This document shows, in pieces, positions 1-12,300 of a DNA stretch of 64,000 nt. The DNA comes from Paraphysomonas bandaiensis (Eukaryota > Protista > Chrysophyceae): NCBI GenBank assembly GCA_965644295.1, contig CBFFRP010000357.1, forward strand, positions 1-64,000. The letters are read 5' to 3'. The notes below the pieces were generated by a model. It was not told the DNA's origin, did no database searches, and saw only the letters and a list, made by a program, of their open reading frames with translations. How positions within the stretch are numbered: position 1 is the stretch's first letter; each line of letters begins with the position of its first letter. The position numbers and the translations under genes were made by a program.

Positions 1-224
1 ACACTGTTGATAGTCCTCACTCGTGTCTGTGAGTAGAGGCAGCAGCAGAGCCTCTGAATCATGTACTCATATATGCATATATCCACATCACATTCACTTC
101 GAAGTCACTCAGAGGTATACACTCATATACGTACACGTATACCTATGTATTTCATAGACACAGTATACAGAGAATACGTTGATTCACAGTTGTAGTAAAA
201 AGTTTCACATATACACTCATTATA

Positions 225-2491
225 TGTATGGACTGCATATGTGAAACTCTGTGGGTTTTTTCCTCATCTAGAAACCCCACCTGTGAAAGGAAATGTTTCA
301 CATATGCCTCGAATACGGACAAAAATATAGTAGATAATCATATTCGATGCATATGTGAAATATTTCCTTTCACAGAAAAACCGGCACTTTTATATGAGGA
401 AACTACAACTTTATAGGGAAATAGCCACTTTATTAGTTGTAAAACACTGTTAAAATACTCTACTATTCTCCTTGAACGTCATATCCGTTAGTGGCATATA
501 TCAATATTCGACCATACTTACTGCAAACATGAGTGAGACAGATTCAGACAGGGAGGAAGCATTGCTTCAATAGTGAAGAGGAAGTGGCCGTATACGCCGA
601 CAGCCGGTTGTGTCTGTTAACTCCAATGCTGATAATGTATCTGACTATAAGATGAAACGAACAAAAGCAGGAATGAAAGCAGCATACTAGAAAAAGGTTG
701 GCCATATTGTAGCGTGGTGTATAACAGCGTACCCTGAAGCTCTGATGATGATGAAAATTTGAAGATTCCATTCCCGAAAGACATCTCTCTTGAGTACTTC
801 GGCCATCTGTTCACACCGGCTCACGAAGGAGCGAAAGAGGGAAGCTAAGGGCCCCAGATGACATTCCAGAAAGTGAACCTGACCCCTCTAGTAGATCCCA
901 CATTAAGGGATATAGAAGCCCTATTGTCTACTTATATACCTTAAGAAATATGAAGCTAGTCGTGGATGTAGTCTTAGACTTAGAACTAAGCCAGGCGATA
1001 GATGGCTATGAGAAAGACATCAATGAACTGAAGAAGGAAGGACTCATGAAACCAGAAGAGGGTAAAAGTCCGTTAAAAATGAATGGCTATAAAATTTTAG
1101 CGACGAATATGATGTTGATGGTTCCCTGTGCTATTGCAGGCAGTTAGTCCTATATCTTGTTCATGTAGGCATATTTTGTACTGATGTGGAATATAATGAG
1201 TAGATCTGATTCAGTAGCTTGATTGATGTTTGAATATTTTGACTGGAGAGGTGATGCAACGCTTGTTCAAGAGCAAGGAGACACAAACTGGACAAAATAG
1301 ACTAGTAATGAAACATTCTCTAGTGCGCTGAATATAATTGTGAATCATATCGTAAGTGTTCATAAGTTAAAGCATATGGATACAGTTTCGTACGGTAGCT
1401 TGTACAATGCAATCTGCAAGTTGAAATGTGTATGGAATTGATAAATGTCACTTCTTTAAATTTAAGCAGTAGAAATCAAACTCTTGACAAACAGCTCTAT
1501 AAGGCTGACAAATATGTATATATGTTGTCCGTAGATATGTTATAACATTATGTGATATACGATATACTTACATCTACATCGGCATCTTCATCTTGATGAA
1601 GGATTAGTAGGCAGCTCTACATTACAGTGTCTGATAAACACTGATAGTAATATATGATATAAGTTGTAAGTAAGTGGTAAGTGGATACGTATGCTATAGC
1701 ATTATGTAATATACGATATACATCCATCTCTTATCTACGACAGCACCTTCATCTTGATGAATGATATATGTAAACCTCAGTCATATTTACAGGACACAAC
1801 AGATCATTACGAATGATAGAGTATTAGGAGTCATATGGTCGACAGGCTCTTCACTGGATGGGTCGTAAGAGGCGTCCCTATACCACATACATATACTCCC
1901 ACCACTTCCACAACTTATCCACACTCTCATACTATTCATATGCTATCCTTATAGAGGAAGTCCTCATATGGATGATCACCACCAGCTCCACTAACAACAG
2001 CGTCACAGTCTTCTAACGGATACTATGCTTCCACAGCACCATTAATGCAGATACACCACATAAAATAACATACTCAGAGGCGCATTAGTGGTGAACGCTT
2101 CTGGTTCAGCTATATGACTATTCAGGGTGCTCCATGCGGTCTATGCATGTATGTGTGTGGGGGTGTTCTGTATGTATGTGTGTGTATCTGCTGCGGTATT
2201 ATTCATATGAACATACGAGTCTCTCTCCTCATGAGGAGCACACACCACTATACACCACTATGACCACACACTGTTGATAGTCCTCACTCGTGTCTGTGAG
2301 TAGAGGCAGCAGCAGAGCCTCTGAATCATGTACTCATATATGCATATATCCACATCACATTCACTTCGAAGTCACTCAGAGGTATACACTCATATACGTA
2401 CACGTATACCTATGTATTTCATAGACACAGTATACAGAGAATACGTTGATTCACAGTTGTAGTAAAAAGTTTCACATATACACTCATTATA
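225..2491 (+). mobile_element. Defective Crypton-type (CryptonS-like) tyrosine-recombinase transposon, copy 1
   Basis: Broken ORF ~530-1300 reads GYEKDINELKKEGLMKPEEGKSPLKMNGYKILA...AYFVLMWNIMSRSDSV..FEYFDWRGDA, resembling the N-terminal half of oomycete/diatom Crypton recombinases. Left end TATGG-ACTGCATATGTGAAACT; right end AGTTTCACATAT(A/G)CACTCATTATA. Contains stops and frameshifts. Confidence 0.8.
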
Positions 2492-4758
2492 TGTATGGAC
2501 TGCATATGTGAAACTCTGTGGGTTTTTTCCTCATCTAGAAACCCCACCTGTGAAAGGAAATGTTTCACATATGCCTCGAATACGGACAAAAATATAGTAG
2601 ATAATCATATTCGATGCATATGTGAAATATTTCCTTTCACAGAAAAACCGGCACTTTTATATGAGGAAACTACAACTTTATAGGGAAATAGCCACTTTAT
2701 TAGTTGTAAAACACTGTTAAAATACTCTACTATTCTCCTTGAACGTCATATCCGTTAGTGGCATATATCAATATTCGACCATACTTACTGCAAACATGAG
2801 TGAGACAGATTCAGACAGGGAGGAAGCATTGCTTCAATAGTGAAGAGGAAGTGGCCGTATACGCCGACAGCCGGTTGTGTCTGTTAACTCCAATGCTGAT
2901 AATGTATCTGACTATAAGATGAAACGAACAAAAGCAGGAATGAAAGCAGCATACTAGAAAAAGGTTGGCCATATTGTAGCGTGGTGTATAACAGCGTACC
3001 CTGAAGCTCTGATGATGATGAAAATTTGAAGATTCCATTCCCGAAAGACATCTCTCTTGAGTACTTCGGCCATCTGTTCACACCGGCTCACGAAGGAGCG
3101 AAAGAGGGAAGCTAAGGGCCCCAGATGACATTCCAGAAAGTGAACCTGACCCCTCTAGTAGATCCCACATTAAGGGATATAGAAGCCCTATTGTCTACTT
3201 ATATACCTTAAGAAATATGAAGCTAGTCGTGGATGTAGTCTTAGACTTAGAACTAAGCCAGGCGATAGATGGCTATGAGAAAGACATCAATGAACTGAAG
3301 AAGGAAGGACTCATGAAACCAGAAGAGGGTAAAAGTCCGTTAAAAATGAATGGCTATAAAATTTTAGCGACGAATATGATGTTGATGGTTCCCTGTGCTA
3401 TTGCAGGCAGTTAGTCCTATATCTTGTTCATGTAGGCATATTTTGTACTGATGTGGAATATAATGAGTAGATCTGATTCAGTAGCTTGATTGATGTTTGA
3501 ATATTTTGACTGGAGAGGTGATGCAACGCTTGTTCAAGAGCAAGGAGACACAAACTGGACAAAATAGACTAGTAATGAAACATTCTCTAGTGCGCTGAAT
3601 ATAATTGTGAATCATATCGTAAGTGTTCATAAGTTAAAGCATATGGATACAGTTTCGTACGGTAGCTTGTACAATGCAATCTGCAAGTTGAAATGTGTAT
3701 GGAATTGATAAATGTCACTTCTTTAAATTTAAGCAGTAGAAATCAAACTCTTGACAAACAGCTCTATAAGGCTGACAAATATGTATATATGTTGTCCGTA
3801 GATATGTTATAACATTATGTGATATACGATATACTTACATCTACATCGGCATCTTCATCTTGATGAAGGATTAGTAGGCAGCTCTACATTACAGTGTCTG
3901 ATAAACACTGATAGTAATATATGATATAAGTTGTAAGTAAGTGGTAAGTGGATACGTATGCTATAGCATTATGTAATATACGATATACATCCATCTCTTA
4001 TCTACGACAGCACCTTCATCTTGATGAATGATATATGTAAACCTCAGTCATATTTACAGGACACAACAGATCATTACGAATGATAGAGTATTAGGAGTCA
4101 TATGGTCGACAGGCTCTTCACTGGTTGGGTCGTAAGAGGCGTCCCTATACCACATACATATACTCCCACCACTTCCACAACTTATCCACACTCTCATACT
4201 ATTCATATGCTATCCTTATAGAGGAAGTCCTCATATGGATGATCACCACCAGCTCCACTAACAACAGCGTCACAGTCTTCTAACGGATACTATGCTTCCA
4301 CAGCACCATTAATGCAGATACACCACATAAAATAACATACTCAGAGGCGCATTAGTGGTGAACGCTTCTGGTTCAGCTATATGACTATTCAGGGTGCTCC
4401 ATGCGGTCTATGCATGTATGTGTGTGGGGGTGTTCTGTATGTATGTGTGTGTATCTGCTGCGGTATTATTCATATGAACATACGAGTCTCTCTCCTCATG
4501 AGGAGCACACACCACTATACACCACTATGACCACACACTGTTGATAGTCCTCACTCGTGTCTGTGAGTAGAGGCAGCAGCAGAGCCTCTGAATCATGTAC
4601 TCATATATGCATATATCCACATCACATTCACTTCGAAGTCACTCAGAGGTATACACTCATATACGTACACGTATACCTATGTATTTCATAGACACAGTAT
4701 ACAGAGAATACGTTGATTCACAGTTGTAGTAAAAAGTTTCACATATACACTCATTATA
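2492..4758 (+). mobile_element. Defective Crypton-type element, copy 2
   Basis: Near-identical to copy 1, offset +2267. Confidence 0.8.
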
Positions 4759-7025
4759 TGTATGGACTGCATATGTGAAACTCTGTGGGTTTTTTCCTCA
4801 TCTAGAAACCCCACCTGTGAAAGGAAATGTTTCACATATGCCTCGAATACGGACAAAAATATAGTAGATAATCATATTCGATGCATATGTGAAATATTTC
4901 CTTTCACAGAAAAACCGGCACTTTTATATGAGGAAACTACAACTTTATAGGGAAATAGCCACTTTATTAGTTGTAAAACACTGTTAAAATACTCTACTAT
5001 TCTCCTTGAACGTCATATCCGTTAGTGGCATATATCAATATTCGACCATACTTACTGCAAACATGAGTGAGACAGATTCAGACAGGGAGGAAGCATTGCT
5101 TCAATAGTGAAGAGGAAGTGGCCGTATACGCCGACAGCCGGTTGTGTCTGTTAACTCCAATGCTGATAATGTATCTGACTATAAGATGAAACGAACAAAA
5201 GCAGGAATGAAAGCAGCATACTAGAAAAAGGTTGGCCATATTGTAGCGTGGTGTATAACAGCGTACCCTGAAGCTCTGATGATGATGAAAATTTGAAGAT
5301 TCCATTCCCGAAAGACATCTCTCTTGAGTACTTCGGCCATCTGTTCACACCGGCTCACGAAGGAGCGAAAGAGGGAAGCTAAGGGCCCCAGATGACATTC
5401 CAGAAAGTGAACCTGACCCCTCTAGTAGATCCCACATTAAGGGATATAGAAGCCCTATTGTCTACTTATATACCTTAAGAAATATGAAGCTAGTCGTGGA
5501 TGTAGTCTTAGACTTAGAACTAAGCCAGGCGATAGATGGCTATGAGAAAGACATCAATGAACTGAAGAAGGAAGGACTCATGAAACCAGAAGAGGGTAAA
5601 AGTCCGTTAAAAATGAATGGCTATAAAATTTTAGCGACGAATATGATGTTGATGGTTCCCTGTGCTATTGCAGGCAGTTAGTCCTATATCTTGTTCATGT
5701 AGGCATATTTTGTACTGATGTGGAATATAATGAGTAGATCTGATTCAGTAGCTTGATTGATGTTTGAATATTTTGACTGGAGAGGTGATGCAACGCTTGT
5801 TCAAGAGCAAGGAGACACAAACTGGACAAAATAGACTAGTAATGAAACATTCTCTAGTGCGCTGAATATAATTGTGAATCATATCGTAAGTGTTCATAAG
5901 TTAAAGCATATGGATACAGTTTCGTACGGTAGCTTGTACAATGCAATCTGCAAGTTGAAATGTGTATGGAATTGATAAATGTCACTTCTTTAAATTTAAG
6001 CAGTAGAAATCAAACTCTTGACAAACAGCTCTATAAGGCTGACAAATATGTATATATGTTGTCCGTAGATATGTTATAACATTATGTGATATACGATATA
6101 CTTACATCTACATCGGCATCTTCATCTTGATGAAGGATTAGTAGGCAGCTCTACATTACAGTGTCTGATAAACACTGATAGTAATATATGATATAAGTTG
6201 TAAGTAAGTGGTAAGTGGATACGTATGCTATAGCATTATGTAATATACGATATACATCCATCTCTTATCTACGACAGCACCTTCATCTTGATGAATGATA
6301 TATGTAAACCTCAGTCATATTTACAGGACACAACAGATCATTACGAATGATAGAGTATTAGGAGTCATATGGTCGACAGGCTCTTCACTGGTTGGGTCGT
6401 AAGAGGCGTCCCTATACCACATACATATACTCCCACCACTTCCACAACTTATCCACACTCTCATACTATTCATATGCTATCCTTATAGAGGAAGTCCTCA
6501 TATGGATGATCACCACCAGCTCCACTAACAACAGCGTCACAGTCTTCTAACGGATACTATGCTTCCACAGCACCATTAATGCAGATACACCACATAAAAT
6601 AACATACTCAGAGGCGCATTAGTGGTGAACGCTTCTGGTTCAGCTATATGACTATTCAGGGTGCTCCATGCGGTCTATGCATGTATGTGTGTGGGGGTGT
6701 TCTGTATGTATGTGTGTGTATCTGCTGCGGTATTATTCATATGAACATACGAGTCTCTCTCCTCATGAGGAGCACACACCACTATACACCACTATGACCA
6801 CACACTGTTGATAGTCCTCACTCGTGTCTGTGAGTAGAGGCAGCAGCAGAGCCTCTGAATCATGTACTCATATATGCATATATCCACATCACATTCACTT
6901 CGAAGTCACTCAGAGGTATACACTCATATACGTACACGTATACCTATGTATTTCATAGACACAGTATACAGAGAATACGTTGATTCACAGTTGTAGTAAA
7001 AAGTTTCACATATGCACTCATTATA
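4759..7025 (+). mobile_element. Defective Crypton-type element, copy 3; ends in (TATG)4
   Basis: Near-identical to copy 1, offset +4534. Right-end IR at 7002-7016 is followed by tatgtatgtatgtatg. Confidence 0.8.
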
Positions 7026-7047
7026 TGTATGTATGTATGTAGGAATG

Positions 7048-7421
7048 ATTGTGTCTCTGGTTTGTATAGTAAACGCAATTATTCCTCCTAAACCAATCGA
7101 GTATCCTGTGAACAAAGTTATACCACGACTGTGCTCTTCTAACTTTTTGAATGATTCGTATGAACTGCCTATATGTATATTTCCATGCATATAACTATGA
7201 TTGAACGTAACACTCATACATATATTAAATAATTCTCTAATGTATCAATATCGGTCTTTTATACGTTCATTTAGTTTAAGACGGCAAGCATCTACTTCAT
7301 CAAGTGCATACGAATCATTCAAAAAGTTTGAAGAGCACAGTCGTGGTATAACTTTGTTCGCAGGATACTCGATTGGTTTAGGAGGAATAATTGCGTTTAC
7401 TATACAAACCAGAGATACAAT
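7048..7421. repeat. 115-bp inverted repeat (arms 7048-7162 and 7307-7421, 144-nt spacer)
   Basis: The left arm is the reverse complement of coding sequence 7307-7421 with 3 mismatches; the ORF track shows the same peptide on both strands. Confidence 0.95.
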
Positions 7422-7626
7422 TAAGCTCAACGAAGAGATTGCGAAGAGAGATGTTGAGATGGCACAGACGATTGCGAAGAAAGATGTTGAGGCGGCGAAG
7501 ATAGATGTTGAGCTCAGAGCTCTTAAAAATTTGCTTCTATATGGCCAGAGCGAAGAGTTTAGAAGCATGAGAGAATCATGTGCCAGCCGCGAAATGGATG
7601 AGGCGTCGACGGATAAGACGGAATAA
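7240..7626 (+). CDS. Small (128 aa) hypothetical single-pass membrane protein with coiled coil, possible mitochondrial presequence
   Basis: MYQYRSFIRSFSLRRQASTSS is R/S-rich with no acidic residues; hydrophobic GITLFAGYSIGLGGIIAFTI; then heptad-like EEIAKRDVEMAQTIAKKDVEAAK. Confidence 0.55.
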   Translation: MYQYRSFIRSFSLRRQASTSSSAYESFKKFEEHSRGITLFAGYSIGLGGIIAFTIQTRDTIKLNEEIAKRDVEMAQTIAKKDVEAAKIDVELRALKNLLLYGQSEEFRSMRESCASREMDEASTDKTE

Positions 7627-8526
7627 AAGTAGCAAATCCAAGACACTTGCCTTCACAATATAGCGTGCTTTGTTTGATCGAATATTTAGATATTCTTTTT
7701 TTTCTTCTTTTTCACTATTTTCTGGCAGTTTGCAGCGGGTAATTTTTAGAACTCGGTTCACCCACAACCAAGTAACACAATATTCATAAGTGGCCATCGT
7801 AGCTAAATGAAGCTAAAACCGTACCCATTGTAATTTATTTGACACAATCATTTGATTTTTCATTTGTCTCCTTAAATGTTAATCAGGGAACACCTATTTT
7901 TCTAGTTCCCGCAAGCTATGCATTCTAGTTATTATGTTTTCAGTATCATGAGAATAAGCTACAATTTAACCTAGGGATAAGGATTTTCGTCTCTTGTCGA
8001 AATTTTAAAACTCAGGCTCTGCGTCTACTTATAAACCATAACTATAGCTTAAGATATTAGAATGATGCGACAATGATGCTGTTGCCTACTTCGGTTAATG
8101 CATACCTTGTTGAGAAACGCTCATCCTTGACTTAGTATTGACTATTAACCGTTTTCAGACAATGAAGATCGTTTTAAGAGAAGTTAAAGTTAATCAAACT
8201 AGATAGATTATGTTATCAGAATTGTATACATAATTGTGTGCGTTGTCAAGTAAAACTCATTAACAACATGATAATATACTTTGTTCATGTCATCCACTGA
8301 TCAACTTCCGTATCTTGTAGAGTCGTGGTACAATACTTCAGTTTCACAGTTATAGCTATATAATAATAATATTGTTGTATTCACCGTATTCTATAGAAAT
8401 ATCTTAGAGAGACATACGTATTCCAACGCTAACGTGCGTATTCCAACACTCCCACTCAATGTAGAAACGGATAATCGTCATAATACTCAAGCTATACATA
8501 TTTTCTAAATATCTAGTCATAACATA

Positions 8527-8562
8527 GTTGTAGTAAAAAGTTTCACATATGCACTCATTATA
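8527..8562 (+). mobile_element. Isolated Crypton right end abutting a microsatellite
   Basis: gttgtagtaaaaagtttcacatatgcactcattata is identical to 6990-7025; sequence further upstream is unrelated to the array unit. Confidence 0.75.
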
Positions 8563-8940
8563 TGTATGTATGTATGTATGTATGCATGCATGTATGTATG
8601 TATGTATGTATGTATGTATGTATGTATGTATGTATGTATGTATGTATGTATGTATGTATGTATGTATGTATGTATGTATGTAGGTACAGTATGTAGGTAT
8701 GTATGTATGTATGTATGTATGTATGTATGTATGTATGTATGTATGTATGTATGTAGGTACAGTATGTATGTATGTATGTATGTATGTATGTATGTATGTA
8801 TGTATGTATGTATGTATGTATGTATGTATGTATGTATGTATGTATGTATGTATGTATGTATGTATGTATGTATGTATGTATGTATGTATGTATGTATGTA
8901 TGTATGTATGTATGTATGTATGTATGTATATATATATATA
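8561..8940. repeat. (TATG)n microsatellite, ~380 bp, two TAGGTACAG interruptions
   Basis: Read directly from the sequence. Confidence 0.99.
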
Positions 8941-9301
8941 TTGAAGAATTCTATACACGGTGTAACAAAAAATGGTGAGCTGTTCGCATATGAAAAATAG
9001 GGCATGATGGACTCTGTTTCGTTTGAGAGGAGAAACGACTGTTGCAATATACATATATAAGAAGTCGAAGTTATTCCTATCTGTATACATATATATATAA
9101 GTTCATAGTATTGACTTCGAAGGAAGTCAGTGGAGTTGATAGGAAGTATATGAAGGTATGTAGCGGGTCATACTGTATATAATTGCCCGTATATTTAGAA
9201 TAAGCTTCCCAGTAGCAGTACAGGAATATCATACACTACATGCTGGAGTCTATTTGGTATTGTTGAACTGAGACTCTGATTATTGCATTATTTGAAGAAA
9301 T

Positions 9302-12300
9302 ATGCCGCGACAAGCGTATCATAACGCTTCCATTCATCCTAAAGCTAAAGGACGTAAATCACAGTCATCTGAAAGACAAGATACTCAGTATGATGAGGAA
9401 ATTGGATTGATTCGAGAGCTTGGTGGGTCGAATGGTATGTCTGAGTGGGAGATAGAGGCACTAATACAAACATGCCGCGATAAGAACTGCTTCAAGAAGG
9501 CGTATCTCGTGCTGTTGGAATATAACCAACTTCAAAATGACATTCAGAAGCATATAAGTAAGAGACAGTCGTATGTCATGAAGCTATTGAATATTATATC
9601 TCGTAATGACACTGAAAGTAAGTTTGAATTGCCGTTTATTGTCGGGAAGGTTGCGGAATATTCATTGAAGTGTTGGATATCTATCTGTCGCTGGAGGCAG
9701 CTCCAGTGGAACCCTCGTCCCATATTTGTTTACTCTAGAAAAACACCAGACGGTCAATGCAATTTGATATTAGAGCTTCATCAAGAAGTGTGCATGTTGG
9801 TTGATAAAATTCGTGAATCTGGGATATCTATGGTGGACTGTGATGTGGAACCCATCCATGTAATTTGCATACTTTTTACTGCGTTGCCCAGTGCTTGTGA
9901 GAACCGCAACGTATTGCATGTATTATTTCGATCGAAATTATCTCCTTCACGTTCTCAGCATGAAATGTCTGATTTAATTCATAGAGTACTACTACAGTCG
10001 AGGGGTGCTGTAGAATGCATGATCCGAATTGTACAAGCAGAAACCTCTGCGGACCAAACGTGGCGACAGTTCTGTAGTCTTAATGGGGGTTCCAGTGATG
10101 CCTGTACGGATATGTTTCCGATACTGGCGATACAGTATGGCGATGTAGCCCCACCTGGCGAAAGTATATCGACTGCTAGTGCTGGCACATACATGCGCGG
10201 CTGTGAAACTCTGTTAGATTTTTTCTATGCACATTTTTCGAGCACCCCTCGTGGTCAAGGGAGGGATAAGCACGAGTCTGTATTGAATGTATTGCGATCT
10301 ATAAATAATACCCAAAGCCGAAGTACACATTATGTTTCGCCAAATCGGGGACTAAGTGGAAATAATGATATTGAGACTCCGAACGTTTCATCGAGACCAT
10401 TAACTTCACCTACGAGGCACACTGCCGCTAATCACAGCTCTTACAGTGTAGGCGTTTCTTCTGGAGTACGCCCAGGTTCCGCTCCTATGCAACGTACCGT
10501 GTCACGTGGTCAATATACAAACCGCAAGCCGGCTGGTTTACATATTACGGTTATTGATCAGCCTACCACAGTTCAACAAAGTCATGACCTGAGTCCGTGG
10601 CCGAAACACCCACCTCTCTCGCAAGAGCTTGTGTTTGATGTTCATATTCCCTTGTACCGTTCGGGCGATGTGATGTTAAATCTGGAATGTGTGCGATTCA
10701 ATGTGACTATCACCCGTGTGTTGGTCACCGGATACTGTGGTGGATGCGCGCGGGCTACCATGCTAAGTGTGCACATAGGAGATGAATTGTTGGCCGTGGA
10801 TGGCACATCTGTTGAGGGAAAGAGAATTAAAGATGTCCGCGGAGTGTTGAAGTCGGCCTACAAGCGCAGTAGGGGGGTATCGTCCGTATCCGTCAAGCTC
10901 CGCAGAGGATACCCTGGATGGGAGAAGTATTCCACACAGGCTACAGACTCTGAACATAGGGATGACTTCGGGTTACCTGTTTCGAATCATGATGCACACA
11001 GAGCGGTGTCGAAGAGACACATGAACTCGACTTCGATTTCTGATGGAATTGATGTCGTCTCTATAGATGATATTAACCGAATCATTCTTCTCCTAAAAGA
11101 AGAAATTGCTACTCTCGAAAACGAAATGTCAGTATCTGGTCCTCAGAAATTTCACGAGTTAAAAGCGAAACTAATGAGTAAGTTTACAGATTTACAGTTC
11201 ATGCAACAGAAATTGGTGGATGCTACAATTGCAAGGAATATCACACCTGAGCCAGAGATTCAAGCAAAGGGTACTGGAGGTGTCTGTGATACTCCGGTGG
11301 TTAATGGCATTGCACCTAATATGCTCCCATTTCAAGAATTCAATGATGAGGGTTTTCCCAAAGTAGCCGATAGTGTACCGTTCGATTCCAATCTGAGCGT
11401 TGTTGAAGGATCATTGGAGAGAAATTTCAACAGCGGTGAGTTTTTGATACCTTCTCATACTTGTATCAACGAAGAGGATATATATCCTCAGGACGACAAG
11501 ATTCGACATGTCAATGATCAACAGTCGGATGAGTTTGACGCAAACATGAGTGACATGTCATGTGACGTGGAATATTTTGAATCTGGCCAGCTGGCGCAAA
11601 ATATTGGTGGGTGTGAAGTAAATTCTTCCCCTAGAATGCTATCAACGGTCAATACAAGGAAGCCTATAACTGCCAGTGATGCTGCCGTACAGACATCGAT
11701 ATCAAGTGTAGAGGAGGTCGACAACAAGACTGGCCTTGTGGCACAGGCCAGTGGCACTCTAACCGGATGCAGTTCGAATATGCAAGATGATCTTGGTTCT
11801 CCTATGCAGCTAAATGCTGATGTAGTCGTTCCCAAAGATACAGAGCATACTGAAGGCAGTACATGCCTCGTTTCTGAGAGCCAAGTCTCGGTCGATGCAG
11901 CTAAAACTGGAATTGTACCTCAAAGTGCTCCTACTGTTGATAATATGGATGACGAAAATGTAATTATAAGAGATGAAAAGCTTATATCAAGTGTAGAGGT
12001 AGTCGATAACAAGACTGGCCTTGTGGTACAGGCCAGTGGTACTCTAACCGGATGCGGTTCGAATATGCAAGATGATCTTGGTTCTCCTATGCAGCTAAAT
12101 GCTGATGAAGTCGTTCCCAAAGATACAGAGCATACTGAAAGCAGTACATGCCTCGTTTCTGAGAACCAAGTCTCGGTCGATGCAGCTAAAACTGGAATTG
12201 TATCTCAAAGTGCTCCTACTGTTGATAATATGGATGACGAAAATGTAAATATAAGAGATGAAAAGCTGGACAGACCAGAAGTGGAACAGCTAAAAAGTGA

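Larger units (their letters stand above)
1..7025 (+). repeat. Tandem array of a 2267-bp unit (3 full units 225-2491, 2492-4758, 4759-7025 plus a partial 1-224; runs off the window start)
   Basis: Identical ORFs recur at exactly +2267 (228/2495/4762; 950/3217/5484). I noticed only two differences: ctggAtggg (~1855) vs ctggTtggg, and cacatatAcac vs cacatatGcac at the last end. Confidence 0.97.

Noticed and set aside
228-814. Short ORFs 228-416, 544-771 and 617-814 (and their copies) as genes
   Set aside because: They are terminal DNA or antisense frames of the broken recombinase gene.
8404-9090. ORFs of YIHT/MYVC repeats (also at 40484-40721, 58960-59916, 61255-61754)
   Set aside because: They are translations of the stop-free (TATG)n microsatellite, not genes.
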